From an uncultured bacterium (GTDB lineage: Bacteria; Patescibacteriota; Minisyncoccia; UBA6257; 2-01-FULL-56-20): DNA of 64,000 bases. Position 1 is the stretch's first letter. Every line of letters begins with the position of its first letter. A program made the translations under genes and the position numbers. Below the pieces are notes generated by a model. It saw nothing but the letters and a program-made list of their open reading frames with translations, was not told where the DNA came from and did no database searches. The DNA lies in contig CAVOJZ010000002.1 in assembly GCA_963696395.1 (NCBI GenBank), positions 213,060-277,059 of the forward strand, read 5' to 3'. This document shows, in pieces, positions 19,892 to 29,535 of the stretch.

Positions 19892-20752
19892 TTATCCGTG
19901 TCTGCTTTCAATTTTTCCGCGCTCAGCCCGAAGTTCGCTCAATGCTTTCTCCGCCTCACCGGCTTTGAACGGCTTTGAGTGCCATAAATAATCATTTTCC
20001 ATAAAGTCCACTCCTTTGCCGGGAATCGTGTGCGCGATAATTACGGTCGGCTTTTCGTAGGTTGCTTTCGCTTCCACGACGGCCGCAATAATTTCCTCAT
20101 AATTATGGCCGTCGATTTCAAGAACGTGCCAATTGAACGATTCGTATTTTGCACGGAATGGTTCGAGGGGCATGATTTTTTCCGTAACCCCGTCAATCTG
20201 GATATTGTTGCGATCGACGATAACCGTGAGGTTGCTTAAGCGGTTTTTCCCGGCAAACATCATCGCCTCCCATGTATTTCCTTCTTCGTGTTCACCATCC
20301 GACGTAAGGCAATAGATGTGATATTTTTTTGCGTCGAGCCGGGCCGCAAGCGCGATACCCGATGCCTGTGAAATGCCGGAGCCGAGCGGGCCGGATGTTG
20401 TTTCGATTCCTGGCAGAGCCCCCCGATGCGGATGGCCTTGAAGCCGCGTGCCAAGCTGGCGCAACGTTTTAAGCTCTTCAACCGGAAAATAGCCGGCGTG
20501 CGCAAGCGCGGCGTATTGAATCGGAACAATGTGGCCGTTTGAAAGCACGAGTCGGTCACGATCCGGCCATTCAGGCTTCTTTGGGTCGTGCTTAAGAATG
20601 TGAAAATACATAGCGGTAAAAATTTCCGCCATGCCGAGCGGTCCGCCGATATGGCCGGAGCCGGCGTCGCGGACCATAGTGATGACGTCTTCGCGTAAAC
20701 GATTCGCCATCCTCTCCAAGTGCAGCAATTGTTTTTCAGTGAGCGGCTCCAT
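19892..20752 (-). CDS. tktA: Transketolase, N-terminal (TPP-binding) subunit
   Basis: GHIGGPLGMAEI, SNGH and TSDGEHEEG TPP-binding motifs. Confidence 0.9.
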   Translation of the reverse strand: MEPLTEKQLLHLERMANRLREDVITMVRDAGSGHIGGPLGMAEIFTAMYFHILKHDPKKPEWPDRDRLVLSNGHIVPIQYAALAHAGYFPVEELKTLRQLGTRLQGHPHRGALPGIETTSGPLGSGISQASGIALAARLDAKKYHIYCLTSDGEHEEGNTWEAMMFAGKNRLSNLTVIVDRNNIQIDGVTEKIMPLEPFRAKYESFNWHVLEIDGHNYEEIIAAVVEAKATYEKPTVIIAHTIPGKGVDFMENDYLWHSKPFKAGEAEKALSELRAERGKIESRHG

Positions 20753-21393
20753 CAGATGTTGTTTAAAATTTTAAAAGCTTTTTCCGGGTCGTTATTGTCA
20801 AAAAGATAATGGGCTGATACGACCGTGTCCGCGCCGGCGTCCTTCACAAGCCTAGCTGTTTCCGGATTTATGCCACCGTCAACTTCAATTGTAGCATCCG
20901 GCGATATCTCCCTCAAAAAACGGATCTTCTCGAGTGCAAACGGTTGGAATTCCTGCCCGGCCGCCCCCGGCGCCACCGAAAGCACCTGAAATTTCGCGAA
21001 TTGCGGCACAAACGATTCAATTTCATCAACCGTCGTCTCCGGTCTCGAGGTCAGCATGAGTTCGCCCTGGTAACGGCTTGCCAGCTCGCGCAAACCGTGG
21101 AACACCACATCGGAAAGCGTTTCCGCGTGGACGATAAGACGCCTCGCTCCTGCCGCAAACCAATCATCGGCATAGTCCAGCGGAAATTCAACCATCAGAT
21201 GCACCTCGAGTGCGAACGGCGCCCCGAGCGGCGTCCATGCGTGCGGATCGCTCCACGTTTTATGGGAACTGAAGACACCGTCGGTCACATCAAGATGAAC
21301 AAATGCACCAGGTCCCAAGAATTTCTTGAGCGTCTCAATTCTTTTGCGCACGCCATCAAAATCCGCGCAATTAATGGAAGGTATGACGACCAT
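20752..21393 (-). CDS. rpe: Ribulose-phosphate 3-epimerase
   Basis: PSINCADF...HLDVTDG...HLMV motifs. Confidence 0.85.
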   Translation of the reverse strand: MVVIPSINCADFDGVRKRIETLKKFLGPGAFVHLDVTDGVFSSHKTWSDPHAWTPLGAPFALEVHLMVEFPLDYADDWFAAGARRLIVHAETLSDVVFHGLRELASRYQGELMLTSRPETTVDEIESFVPQFAKFQVLSVAPGAAGQEFQPFALEKIRFLREISPDATIEVDGGINPETARLVKDAGADTVVSAHYLFDNNDPEKAFKILNNI

Positions 21394-21839
21394 TACTTTT
21401 CGAAGCTGGAAATTTTTTTAATGCGGCGCTCGTACCGCTCGTCGCCGTTAAATGGAGATTCGAGAAATTTCGCAACCATCAATAGGGCTGCCGCCTCGTT
21501 GAGAAAATCGGCCGCGAGTGCGAGCATATTCGCATCGTCGTCATTTCGCGCCGCCGCAATCTGTGCCACCGACATGGCAAAAGCGCACCGGATTCCCCGA
21601 AATTTATTGGCGGCGATATCAACACCGATACCGGAGCCGCAGATAACAATCCCACGATCATTCCCGGGATGCTCCGCAACCTTTTCGGCAACCGCTTTTG
21701 CGTAATCCGGATAATCGTCATTCGGATCGAGCGCCGCATTTCCAAGATCAACAACATCGTAACCACCGTCAGCCAGCTGTTTTTTTATACGCTCGCGAAG
21801 TTTAAACCCGCGATGATCGGCGCCGAGATAAATGGTCAT
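21393..21839 (-). CDS. rpiB: Ribose-5-phosphate isomerase B
   Basis: LGADHRGF...VICGSGIGVDIAANKF RpiB/LacAB motifs. Confidence 0.85.
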   Translation of the reverse strand: MTIYLGADHRGFKLRERIKKQLADGGYDVVDLGNAALDPNDDYPDYAKAVAEKVAEHPGNDRGIVICGSGIGVDIAANKFRGIRCAFAMSVAQIAAARNDDDANMLALAADFLNEAAALLMVAKFLESPFNGDERYERRIKKISSFEK

Positions 21840-21934
21840 GCCTCCATTATATCATGCGGTTGCTTGCCAAACGGTTGCGGCGGAACTATAGTGCATGAAG
21901 CTTCAAAAATCCTTACACCATCGTCGGAGGGTGC

Positions 21935-22594
21935 ATGCCAATCCGGGGAAGAATCCTGGCAAAACTCGTAATCGCGGCGCTTGTACTCCCTTGCATCGCG
22001 GTGGCTCAAGAATCCAGCCTCCAAAAAGCATGGGGAAACGTCTTTATTGAAACCTGCGCCGGCTTCGCTGATCTCCCGAAGGCGTTCGTCCAAATCGGCG
22101 ATCCGGAAGTTATCGAAATTCCAAATGCGAAAGGGTACGCGAAGTGCATGGGTGGCGGCATCCAAGCTCGTCCATGGATCAGAATCCAGTTTGAATGGGA
22201 AAAAGAAATTGTCGAGGGAACCGGATCATTCGTTCAAGCATCATCCAATCCCGCACAATCCGGCGGAGCTGTCGGAAAATTCGGCATCAACACCGACAGC
22301 AAAATGTTTGCGATTGAATTTGACCTATGGTCGAAACACCGCTTTCATCCGTTTGTCGGCGCTGGCATTGGGAAAACGACCGTTGCGAGCCACTTTATCG
22401 GAAGCAGTCAAGGATATTCGGTCATCGAAAACGATAAGGACCGCATCCCCGACGGAACCGGGCGAGCGGGATTCCGCTTCAAATTGAAGAACGGACTCGA
22501 ACTGACTTTTGGGGCATATGGCAAAGACAACGTAAGCGCCATGGGCGTGATCACGTTTTTCCCGGGAAGATTTTTCTCCCGAACCGGGCAATAA
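21935..22594 (+). CDS. Hypothetical secreted protein
   Basis: Signal peptide ...ALVLPCIAVAQE; no recognisable domain. Confidence 0.4.
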   Translation: MPIRGRILAKLVIAALVLPCIAVAQESSLQKAWGNVFIETCAGFADLPKAFVQIGDPEVIEIPNAKGYAKCMGGGIQARPWIRIQFEWEKEIVEGTGSFVQASSNPAQSGGAVGKFGINTDSKMFAIEFDLWSKHRFHPFVGAGIGKTTVASHFIGSSQGYSVIENDKDRIPDGTGRAGFRFKLKNGLELTFGAYGKDNVSAMGVITFFPGRFFSRTGQ

Positions 22595-22617
22595 TTTTCA
22601 CCGCGCAAAATATCGAA

Positions 22618-22647
22618 AGGCCGACTCTCTGAGCCGGCCTCTTTTTT
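22618..22647. terminator. Bidirectional rho-independent terminator between the secreted-protein gene and gap
   Basis: AGGCCG-loop-CGGCCT with T-run on the plus strand and A-run on the minus. Confidence 0.6.
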
Positions 22648-22658
22648 ACCGATTCTTT

Positions 22659-23690
22659 TTATACCAACTCCGCAGCTTTCTCAATGTGCCGCACGAGGGT
22701 GCTCACGTACCCCGCTTCGTTGTCATACCATGAAAGCACTTTAACAAGATCACCGTCAATCACCTTAATGAGATCCAATGGAACAATCGCGCCATACGGT
22801 TCACCAATGATGTCCGAAGAAACCAATTGATCATTCGTCACTTTCAAAATCCCCTGCCATCGCGGTGCGGCCGCAGCTTCGCTCAAAATTTTTGCAATTT
22901 CCTCGACGGTCGTCGGGCGCTTCGCGAGAAATGTGATATCCGAGATTGAACCGGTGATATTCGGTACGCGGAATGAAAGGCCGTCGAACTTTCCCTTGAG
23001 GTCCGGAATGGCTCGGGCAACGGAAATTGCCGCGCCGGTTGTTTCCGGAACCGTATTGTGCGCAGCGGCCCGGCCCTTCCGGTAATCATGCCCTCCGCGA
23101 ATCGGACCGTCCACGAGCGATTGCGTTGCGGTGTATGCGTGAACCGTTGTGAGCGCCGCCTTTATGATTCCCGGATTTTCCGAAAGCACCTGGATCACCG
23201 GAGAAGCGGAATTTGTGGTGCATGATCCGTTCGACGTGATCGCGCACGTCTTCATCTTGTCTTCATTTACCCCGATGAGCACCGTTTGCCCGTCCACGCC
23301 GTCGGCATCTTTTGCAGGCGCGGTAATCACCACGCGCTTTGCGCCGGCAGCGAGATGCACTTTTGACTTTTCATATTCATCAAACAAACCGGTTGACTCA
23401 ACGACAATATCAACATTCAAATTTTTCCACGGTAGCTGGGTCGGATCCTTCACCTGAAGGAACGCAATCTCATGGCCGTCAACAATAAGTTTTCCGTTCG
23501 GCAGATCCGCTTTGATTTCTTTGCCGTAGCGGCCGTATACCGAATCATATTTCAAAAGATAAGCAAGATTTTCGACGTCGCCAAGATCGTTTATTGCGAC
23601 AATCTCGAAATTTGGATTGCCGAACGCCGCCTTAAAAAATAACCGTCCGATTCGCCCGAAACCATTGATTGCGATACGTTTTGTGGTCAT
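22659..23690 (-). CDS. gap: Glyceraldehyde-3-phosphate dehydrogenase, type I
   Basis: INGFGRIGR Rossmann N-terminus; SCTTNS active-site Cys region. Confidence 0.9.
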   Translation of the reverse strand: MTTKRIAINGFGRIGRLFFKAAFGNPNFEIVAINDLGDVENLAYLLKYDSVYGRYGKEIKADLPNGKLIVDGHEIAFLQVKDPTQLPWKNLNVDIVVESTGLFDEYEKSKVHLAAGAKRVVITAPAKDADGVDGQTVLIGVNEDKMKTCAITSNGSCTTNSASPVIQVLSENPGIIKAALTTVHAYTATQSLVDGPIRGGHDYRKGRAAAHNTVPETTGAAISVARAIPDLKGKFDGLSFRVPNITGSISDITFLAKRPTTVEEIAKILSEAAAAPRWQGILKVTNDQLVSSDIIGEPYGAIVPLDLIKVIDGDLVKVLSWYDNEAGYVSTLVRHIEKAAELV

Positions 23691-23707
23691 TCCTCTATTA
23701 TATAGGG

Positions 23708-24289
23708 CTATTCCGATATGACAACAGAATCCCCGACTTTAATACCGTCTTTTGTGACGGTTCCGGCAGGAACTTCCAAAACCTGGTCGGTGCCGTCCGG
23801 CGATGAATAAATCGTGAGCTGCCAAAGCTGCGCGCCGGGCTGCGGTTCGGCGTTTTGCGCGAATCCAAGGACTTTGCCGCCGCCGATCCAGATCATATCA
23901 ATCGGGAAATTCATGTCTTTCATCCAGAAATTCTGGATGGCTGGCGTGTCAAAAAGAAAAAGCATCCCATGGCCATCATCAAGCCCCGGCCTGAACGAAA
24001 GCCCGTCGGTCTTTTGAAGAAGCGTTGACGCTATTTCAACGGTAAACGTCGCGTTATCAATCTGCAATGGTTCGGTCGGCAAGGACGGGTTTTCTCCGGC
24101 AGGCAAAGAGGTTGCTGTGGTTGATGCTGGGTTTGCTACAATCTGCACGGTTTGCTCCGGAAGTGGCGGGTTCATGCGATGCGCAAAGAAAAACCACCAC
24201 GCTCCCACGCAGGCAATTATGATAAGCACGATCCCGATTACGAACAGGGTCATTTTCTTATTGTGAGGCATCTCTCTATTATATGCCAT
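23708..24289 (-). CDS. DUF192 (COG1430) domain protein with N-terminal membrane anchor
   Basis: GMLFLFDTP...MKDMNFPIDMIWI family signature. Confidence 0.65.
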   Translation of the reverse strand: MAYNREMPHNKKMTLFVIGIVLIIIACVGAWWFFFAHRMNPPLPEQTVQIVANPASTTATSLPAGENPSLPTEPLQIDNATFTVEIASTLLQKTDGLSFRPGLDDGHGMLFLFDTPAIQNFWMKDMNFPIDMIWIGGGKVLGFAQNAEPQPGAQLWQLTIYSSPDGTDQVLEVPAGTVTKDGIKVGDSVVISE

Positions 24290-24759
24290 CAGTATTGCAA
24301 TCCAAAAACCACAATACCAAATGCAACGGCCACATTCAACGATTCCTTTGCGCCACGCATCGGAATCTCAAGGATTGCATCGGCCGTATTCAAGATCGGC
24401 GACGGCAGGCCTTCAATCTCATTGCCAAGCACAAGAGCGATTTTCTCTCCGGCTTTGCTCCGCACAGAATAATACGGCGCGGAGGTTTCCGATTGTTCCA
24501 CGGCAAAAATCCGGTATCCATCCTCGCGCAGGCGCGCGATGGCAACCGCAGTCGTCTCATAATATTCCCACGCCACCGTTTTTTCCGAACCAAGCGAAAC
24601 TTTCGCAAAATCTGCGCGAATTTTTTTAAAACGATCGACCGGCACCGGCGTGATCCCGCAAAGCATTATTTTCGAAACTCCAGCGGCGTCCGCTGTCCGG
24701 AATATTGAACCGACGTTATGTACGCTACGCACATCGTGGAGTACAGCGACGATAGTCAT
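24289..24759 (-). CDS. SpoU/TrmH-family RNA 2'-O-methyltransferase (TrmL-size)
   Basis: SVHNVGSIFRTA, LVLGNEIEGL and EIPMRG..SLNVAVA SPOUT motifs; 156 aa. Confidence 0.75.
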   Translation of the reverse strand: MTIVAVLHDVRSVHNVGSIFRTADAAGVSKIMLCGITPVPVDRFKKIRADFAKVSLGSEKTVAWEYYETTAVAIARLREDGYRIFAVEQSETSAPYYSVRSKAGEKIALVLGNEIEGLPSPILNTADAILEIPMRGAKESLNVAVAFGIVVFGLQY

Positions 24760-24764
24760 GCCTG

Positions 24765-26411
24765 TCAGTGTAACGCAAAATCTGCGGCGTTGTCATCCGA
24801 ATCGTTCATGGCACCGTTCACGGTTATACGTTCAAGCATTTGGTTTGCAGCAGGATTCGTTGGGAAGGCATTCCCCTCAACGTATTGATTGCTGCCAGTC
24901 CCCCACGCAACTTCATCAACGATCGTTCCGCTTGCGTTCATAACGGCAACACTGTTGTCGGCGGCAATCGTTTCCGTGCTCGACACATCGGCGCCGACTG
25001 AGGCCGCGAAGCCATTCGCGGAGTTTGCCCAGGTGAAAGTGCCGCCCGGAACAATAACGCTTCCTTTCCCCAACACTTTAAGCGAGGCATCGGTGCCGCC
25101 CGAGGATTTTTTGCGCAACTTCCAGCCACCGATATCAACACTCGACGCGGAAGGGTTGAATAACCTCACAAAATCGTTGGCTGATGTCGCTCCGGCTATC
25201 TGGATTTGTTCGATAACCACGTGATCCGCAGGGCAAAAGACAGTCTGCGTACCGGAAGCCTCATCGGTGCTCGTGGCGGTTTGGTCGGTGGTCGTTGCCT
25301 CGCCCGTGGAATCAGATTCTCCGCTCGTTCCCACGCTGCCACCCGACCCGGTGGTTTGCGTTGAAGAAGTTGCCGGTTGCACCGCCGGCGCGCCAGTGGA
25401 ATTTTCGGCACCGGGCGTCCCGCCGGCAGACAAACTGGTTTGCCAACCGTCATGACCAAGAGAACGTTCGAGCGTTTGCTTTGTAGTATTATTTCCACCG
25501 GGCCAGCCGGATGACGCATCGAAAAAATCCGAAACGCCACATTGAGCGTCGAGCAACGCAAGCTCGGCACCCGCATTCGACAATCCTCCGGAATAGGTTT
25601 TCTGTGCACGCGCTGAAACCGTTCCGCCCGTTCCGCGGGCGAGCAGATAAAATCCGCCCGCAGAGATATGATCGCCTGCCGCAAAAATAATTTTGATTGC
25701 TCCGTCATTGCTCAAAAGACTCCAGCCCGCAAGTTCAACATCCTGCGTGGAACTATTTTTAAGTTCCATCCATTCATCATTTGCCGCTGCGGTTGCGCTT
25801 TCGCTCGTGGATGAGACGGATCCCATCCAGGCAATTTCGTTTATGATAATTTTCGCGGACAATGTCGAAGTTGAAAATGGTGGCACGGGGAATGAGCAAG
25901 CAATCTGAGAAACAGATTCAGATCCGGCGCTTGAGGTACCGTTCGACGATGTCGCTATGGTCGCCGCAAGAAAATCGTCCGAAGACTCCTGCGAACCGCT
26001 CGCGTCATCGTTGTTTATATCATTCAGGCTGCTGGTGGCTGTTTTTGATATTTTTTTTGAAGAAGAACTTTTCTTTGAGGGTTTTTGAGAGGGCTTTTCT
26101 ACCTCCGCAGGCGCAGAATCACCTTCAAAATCGACGGTTGAGCTTCCGACTGTGCCCGTCGCAACGGAAACTGCGGTATCGGAAGCATTTTCATTGTCGA
26201 GAATGGTATCGTCGCCGGGATTTATGTCATACGTTGCGCCTCCAAAGAGATTTTGCCACACTCCCGCGATCGTCGCGCCGCTCTTTTGTATGACTTCTCC
26301 TTCAATGCCGAACCGCAACAGGAAAACAACCGTGAGGAAAGCAATCAAAAGAACGATCATGAAAATGATTGCAACGCGGCCGACAGATTTTTCCTTGCTT
26401 TTATTTTGCAT
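24765..26411 (-). CDS. Secreted Ser/Thr-rich protein with two lamin-tail domains (LTD)
   Basis: IIINEIAWMG...DEWMELKN...LAGWSL and VVIEQIQIAG...NDFVRLFN...IGGWKL blocks match the LTD pattern; N-terminal TM helix. Confidence 0.65.
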   Translation of the reverse strand: MQNKSKEKSVGRVAIIFMIVLLIAFLTVVFLLRFGIEGEVIQKSGATIAGVWQNLFGGATYDINPGDDTILDNENASDTAVSVATGTVGSSTVDFEGDSAPAEVEKPSQKPSKKSSSSKKISKTATSSLNDINNDDASGSQESSDDFLAATIATSSNGTSSAGSESVSQIACSFPVPPFSTSTLSAKIIINEIAWMGSVSSTSESATAAANDEWMELKNSSTQDVELAGWSLLSNDGAIKIIFAAGDHISAGGFYLLARGTGGTVSARAQKTYSGGLSNAGAELALLDAQCGVSDFFDASSGWPGGNNTTKQTLERSLGHDGWQTSLSAGGTPGAENSTGAPAVQPATSSTQTTGSGGSVGTSGESDSTGEATTTDQTATSTDEASGTQTVFCPADHVVIEQIQIAGATSANDFVRLFNPSASSVDIGGWKLRKKSSGGTDASLKVLGKGSVIVPGGTFTWANSANGFAASVGADVSSTETIAADNSVAVMNASGTIVDEVAWGTGSNQYVEGNAFPTNPAANQMLERITVNGAMNDSDDNAADFALH

Positions 26412-26457
26412 ATAGGGAAAATAGCATGCAGCATATTAAGAGAATCTAAAATTTCCT

Positions 26458-26472
26458 CTTTTGGAAATTCCA
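26458..26472. promoter_or_regulatory. Near-perfect palindrome TTTGGAAATTCCAAA in the nrdA upstream region
   Basis: Seen in sequence; candidate regulator binding site. Confidence 0.3.
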
Positions 26473-26585
26473 AAAAGCTGTCAAGCGCCCGGTCGCCGTT
26501 TCCGGAGCGGCAAAGGGTCCGGCTGCGGCCGGAGCAGACAAGTCACCCTGCCTTCCCCGACCCGGAAACTGAGACCTCATTTTTT

Positions 26586-26618
26586 CTGGGGTTTTTTAAA
26601 ATCCCCAGTTTATTTTTT
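26586..26618 (+). terminator. Intrinsic terminator-like hairpin inside the nrdA 5' leader (possible attenuator)
   Basis: CTGGGG-TTTTTTAAAAT-CCCCAG followed by TTTATTTTTT; no plus-strand gene lies upstream. Confidence 0.45.
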
Positions 26619-26660
26619 ACTGTTATTTGTAGTAAGGAGGGGGACGGTAGGAGCAAAAAA

Positions 26661-26744
26661 ATGCCTACTCCGCCACATCCCCCGAAAATCGCAAAATGGC
26701 CTTCGAAATTTATCCACAACTTTGCCGTCGTTTTAAAACTCTAG
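26661..26744 (+). CDS. Possible 27-codon leader peptide (MPTPPHPPKIAKWPSKFIHNFAVVLKL) upstream of nrdA
   Basis: Strong SD AAGGAGGG 14 nt upstream; ends 35 nt before the nrdA ATG. Confidence 0.3.
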   Translation: MPTPPHPPKIAKWPSKFIHNFAVVLKL

Positions 26745-26779
26745 TGCTAAAATGGTTTTACCTCTAAAAACTAACTATT

Positions 26780-29506
26780 ATGGAACTCACCATCACAAAG
26801 CGGGACGGTACGCGGGAGCCATTCAACGCGGATAAGATTAACCGATCAATCGAACGAGCTTGCATCGGGCTCGAAGATCCGATCAGTATGGTCACCCAAA
26901 TCGCAACCGAGACGCGGCTTACGCTTTACGATGGCATCACGACGGAGGAAATGGACCAGGCGACGATCAATGCCGCCGTCCAGAACATAAAAGAGGATAT
27001 TGAATACGACAAAGTCGCCACGCGGCTGCTATTGAAGACGGTATACCGCAAAGTGGTCGGTGAATACGACGACAATCTCGAGCTATTGCGCAAAAAACAT
27101 CGCGATGGATTCGCCGAATGGGTCAGAGCCGGCGTCGAAGCAAAATTGCTCGACCCACGCCTCCTTGAAAAGTTTAATTTGAAGGAACTTTCCGGAGTTC
27201 TCGACATTTCCCGCGACGAACTCTTTGTGTACGCCGGACTTTCAACGCTTTTGAACCGTTACGCGATCAAAGATAAAAATAATCAGCCCGCCGAAACGCC
27301 GCAATACTTTTTCATGCGGCTTGCGATGGGACTCACCTTCAACGAAACCAACCCGACGCTGTGGGCTAAAAAGTTTTACCAAAAAATGTCCAGGCTCGAA
27401 TACATTCCCGGCGGTTCGACGAACCTCGGCGCAGGAACAACACGACCGAGCCTGTCGAACTGTTTCCTTTTGCAAATCGAAGACGACATTGACCACATCG
27501 CAAAATCGGTAAGCGATGTCATCAAACTTTCGAAAGCGAGTGGGGGGATCGGCGCATCGGTTACCAAGCTGCGCGCATCCGGTTCTCCCCTCTCCTCTAA
27601 TAACTCGACATCAACCGGACCGACGCCGTTTGCGAAAATCATCGACACATCGATTCGCGCCATCCAACGCGGCGGAAAGAAAAAAGGAGCACTTTGCTTC
27701 TACATGGAAAATTGGCACATTGATTTTGTGGAGTATATAGACTGGAAACACAACGCCGGCGATGACTATATGCGCATGCGAACCGCGGACACCGCCGTCT
27801 TCCTTTCGGACGAATTCATGAAGCGCGTTGAGAACCGCGAGATGTGGTACATGTTCGACCCGAAAGAAACGCCGGATCTCGTGGAACTCTACGGAAAAAA
27901 ATTCAGTGAGCGCTATGCTGAATATATAGAGATGGCTGAAGCCGGGAAACTCCGCGTCTTCAAGAAAGTGCCAGCCGAAGAACAATATCGGCAGATTTTG
28001 GTGGCCTTGCAGGCCACTTCGCATCCGTGGCTCGTATGGAAAGACAATATCAACCTCCGGGCATTGAACAACAATACCGGGACGATCCATATGTCCAATT
28101 TGTGCACTGAAATTTGCCTTCCGCAGGATCGAAACAACATCGCCGTCTGCAACCTGGCCTCACTCAATCTTGCCGTCCACGTACACCACAAGCAGGTTGA
28201 CTGGGAAAAGCTCGAGGAAAGCGTCCGTTACGCGATCCATCAGCTCGACAACCTCATTGATATCAACGCACTCCCCATCCCGGAGGCCGAACGATCCGAC
28301 AAGGAGAATCGCGCAATCGGTTTGGGCGTGATGGGATTCGCCGACATGCTCGAACAGCTCGGAATGGCATACGACAGCGATCATGCGTGGGATTTCGCCG
28401 ACAAAGTTTTCGAATTCGTGAGCTATGTTGCAATTGATGAGAGCGCTAATCTCGCCAGAGAACGCGGGAGCTACACCCACTTCAAAGGATCCGGCTGGTC
28501 CAAAGGCATGGTGCCGGTGGATACCTTAAAAACGCTTGAAGCCGACCGCGGCACGGAACTCACACTTTCAAAGAGCAGCAAGTATCGCGGCTTGAATTGG
28601 GATGCGCTTCGCGCAAAGGTAAAGAACGGCATGCGCAACGCAACGCTCATGGCCACCGCGCCAAATGCCAACATCGGATTACTCGCCGGAACCACGCCGG
28701 GAATCGATCCGCGTTTTGCGCAAGTCTTTTCGCGCAATAAAATCTCCGGAAAATATCTCGACCTCAACCACAACCTCGTAAACGATTTGAAGAACATGGG
28801 CATCTGGGAAAAAGTCCGCGAATCTATTATCACGGAACAGGGCGACATCGCAAACATTTCCGGAATCCCCCAACACATCAAAGATATTTATAAAACTTCA
28901 TTCAGTACCTCACCGTATGCATTCATCGAAGTCGCCGCACGCGCACAGAAATGGGTTGACCAGGCGCTCTCGCGGAACATGTATCTCGAAACACGCGACA
29001 TCGGCGAAACGATGGAAATTTATTCCACCGCATGGAGGAAAGGCGTGAAGTCAACGTACTATCTCCATATGAAGCCACGACACACCGCAGAGCAAAGCAC
29101 GACGCACGTGAACAAAGCCGAGAAGATGGGCAAGCGAGGATTCGCCGGCGTGATCGACGACGAACCGCGCGTTACCGTGGAATCTGTCATCGCTCAACCC
29201 GTGGAACCGGTTGCTGTCGAAGCCATCGCAACCTTCATCGAGCCGATTGCCGCAAAGGAAGAACCGTTGCCCGTAGCGAAGGAACCAGCCTCCCCCGTTG
29301 CAACTCCGGCTTCCGCTCCCGCAGTGCGCGGAGCCTTTGCCGCAGTTGTTGATGACGTTGCGGCAACCGAATCGATAACACCCGTCGAAACCCCGATGGG
29401 CTTCACCTCCGCTCAATCCCAGCCGCAAGCGAGTGCAAAAAAGCAATATAAAATCCTCCCGCCAAGCGACCCTTCGGAAGACACCGTCTGCGACAGTTGC
29501 CAATAA
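26780..29506 (+). CDS. nrdA: Class I ribonucleotide reductase alpha subunit with ATP-cone and CxxC C-terminal tail
   Basis: ATP-cone N-terminus (ITKRDGTREPFNADKI), NLCTEI active-site motif, C-terminal ...CDSCQ, low-complexity linker before the tail. Confidence 0.9.
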   Translation: MELTITKRDGTREPFNADKINRSIERACIGLEDPISMVTQIATETRLTLYDGITTEEMDQATINAAVQNIKEDIEYDKVATRLLLKTVYRKVVGEYDDNLELLRKKHRDGFAEWVRAGVEAKLLDPRLLEKFNLKELSGVLDISRDELFVYAGLSTLLNRYAIKDKNNQPAETPQYFFMRLAMGLTFNETNPTLWAKKFYQKMSRLEYIPGGSTNLGAGTTRPSLSNCFLLQIEDDIDHIAKSVSDVIKLSKASGGIGASVTKLRASGSPLSSNNSTSTGPTPFAKIIDTSIRAIQRGGKKKGALCFYMENWHIDFVEYIDWKHNAGDDYMRMRTADTAVFLSDEFMKRVENREMWYMFDPKETPDLVELYGKKFSERYAEYIEMAEAGKLRVFKKVPAEEQYRQILVALQATSHPWLVWKDNINLRALNNNTGTIHMSNLCTEICLPQDRNNIAVCNLASLNLAVHVHHKQVDWEKLEESVRYAIHQLDNLIDINALPIPEAERSDKENRAIGLGVMGFADMLEQLGMAYDSDHAWDFADKVFEFVSYVAIDESANLARERGSYTHFKGSGWSKGMVPVDTLKTLEADRGTELTLSKSSKYRGLNWDALRAKVKNGMRNATLMATAPNANIGLLAGTTPGIDPRFAQVFSRNKISGKYLDLNHNLVNDLKNMGIWEKVRESIITEQGDIANISGIPQHIKDIYKTSFSTSPYAFIEVAARAQKWVDQALSRNMYLETRDIGETMEIYSTAWRKGVKSTYYLHMKPRHTAEQSTTHVNKAEKMGKRGFAGVIDDEPRVTVESVIAQPVEPVAVEAIATFIEPIAAKEEPLPVAKEPASPVATPASAPAVRGAFAAVVDDVAATESITPVETPMGFTSAQSQPQASAKKQYKILPPSDPSEDTVCDSCQ

Positions 29507-29535
29507 ATCGGCGTTCGGCTATCTTTATTAACACC

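Noticed and set aside
26412-26779. Cobalamin riboswitch or NrdR box upstream of nrdA
   Set aside because: No B12 box (GCCACTG-type core), no GGTGAAAATCC-like segment and no NrdR palindrome could be found; the region is described only as a structured leader.
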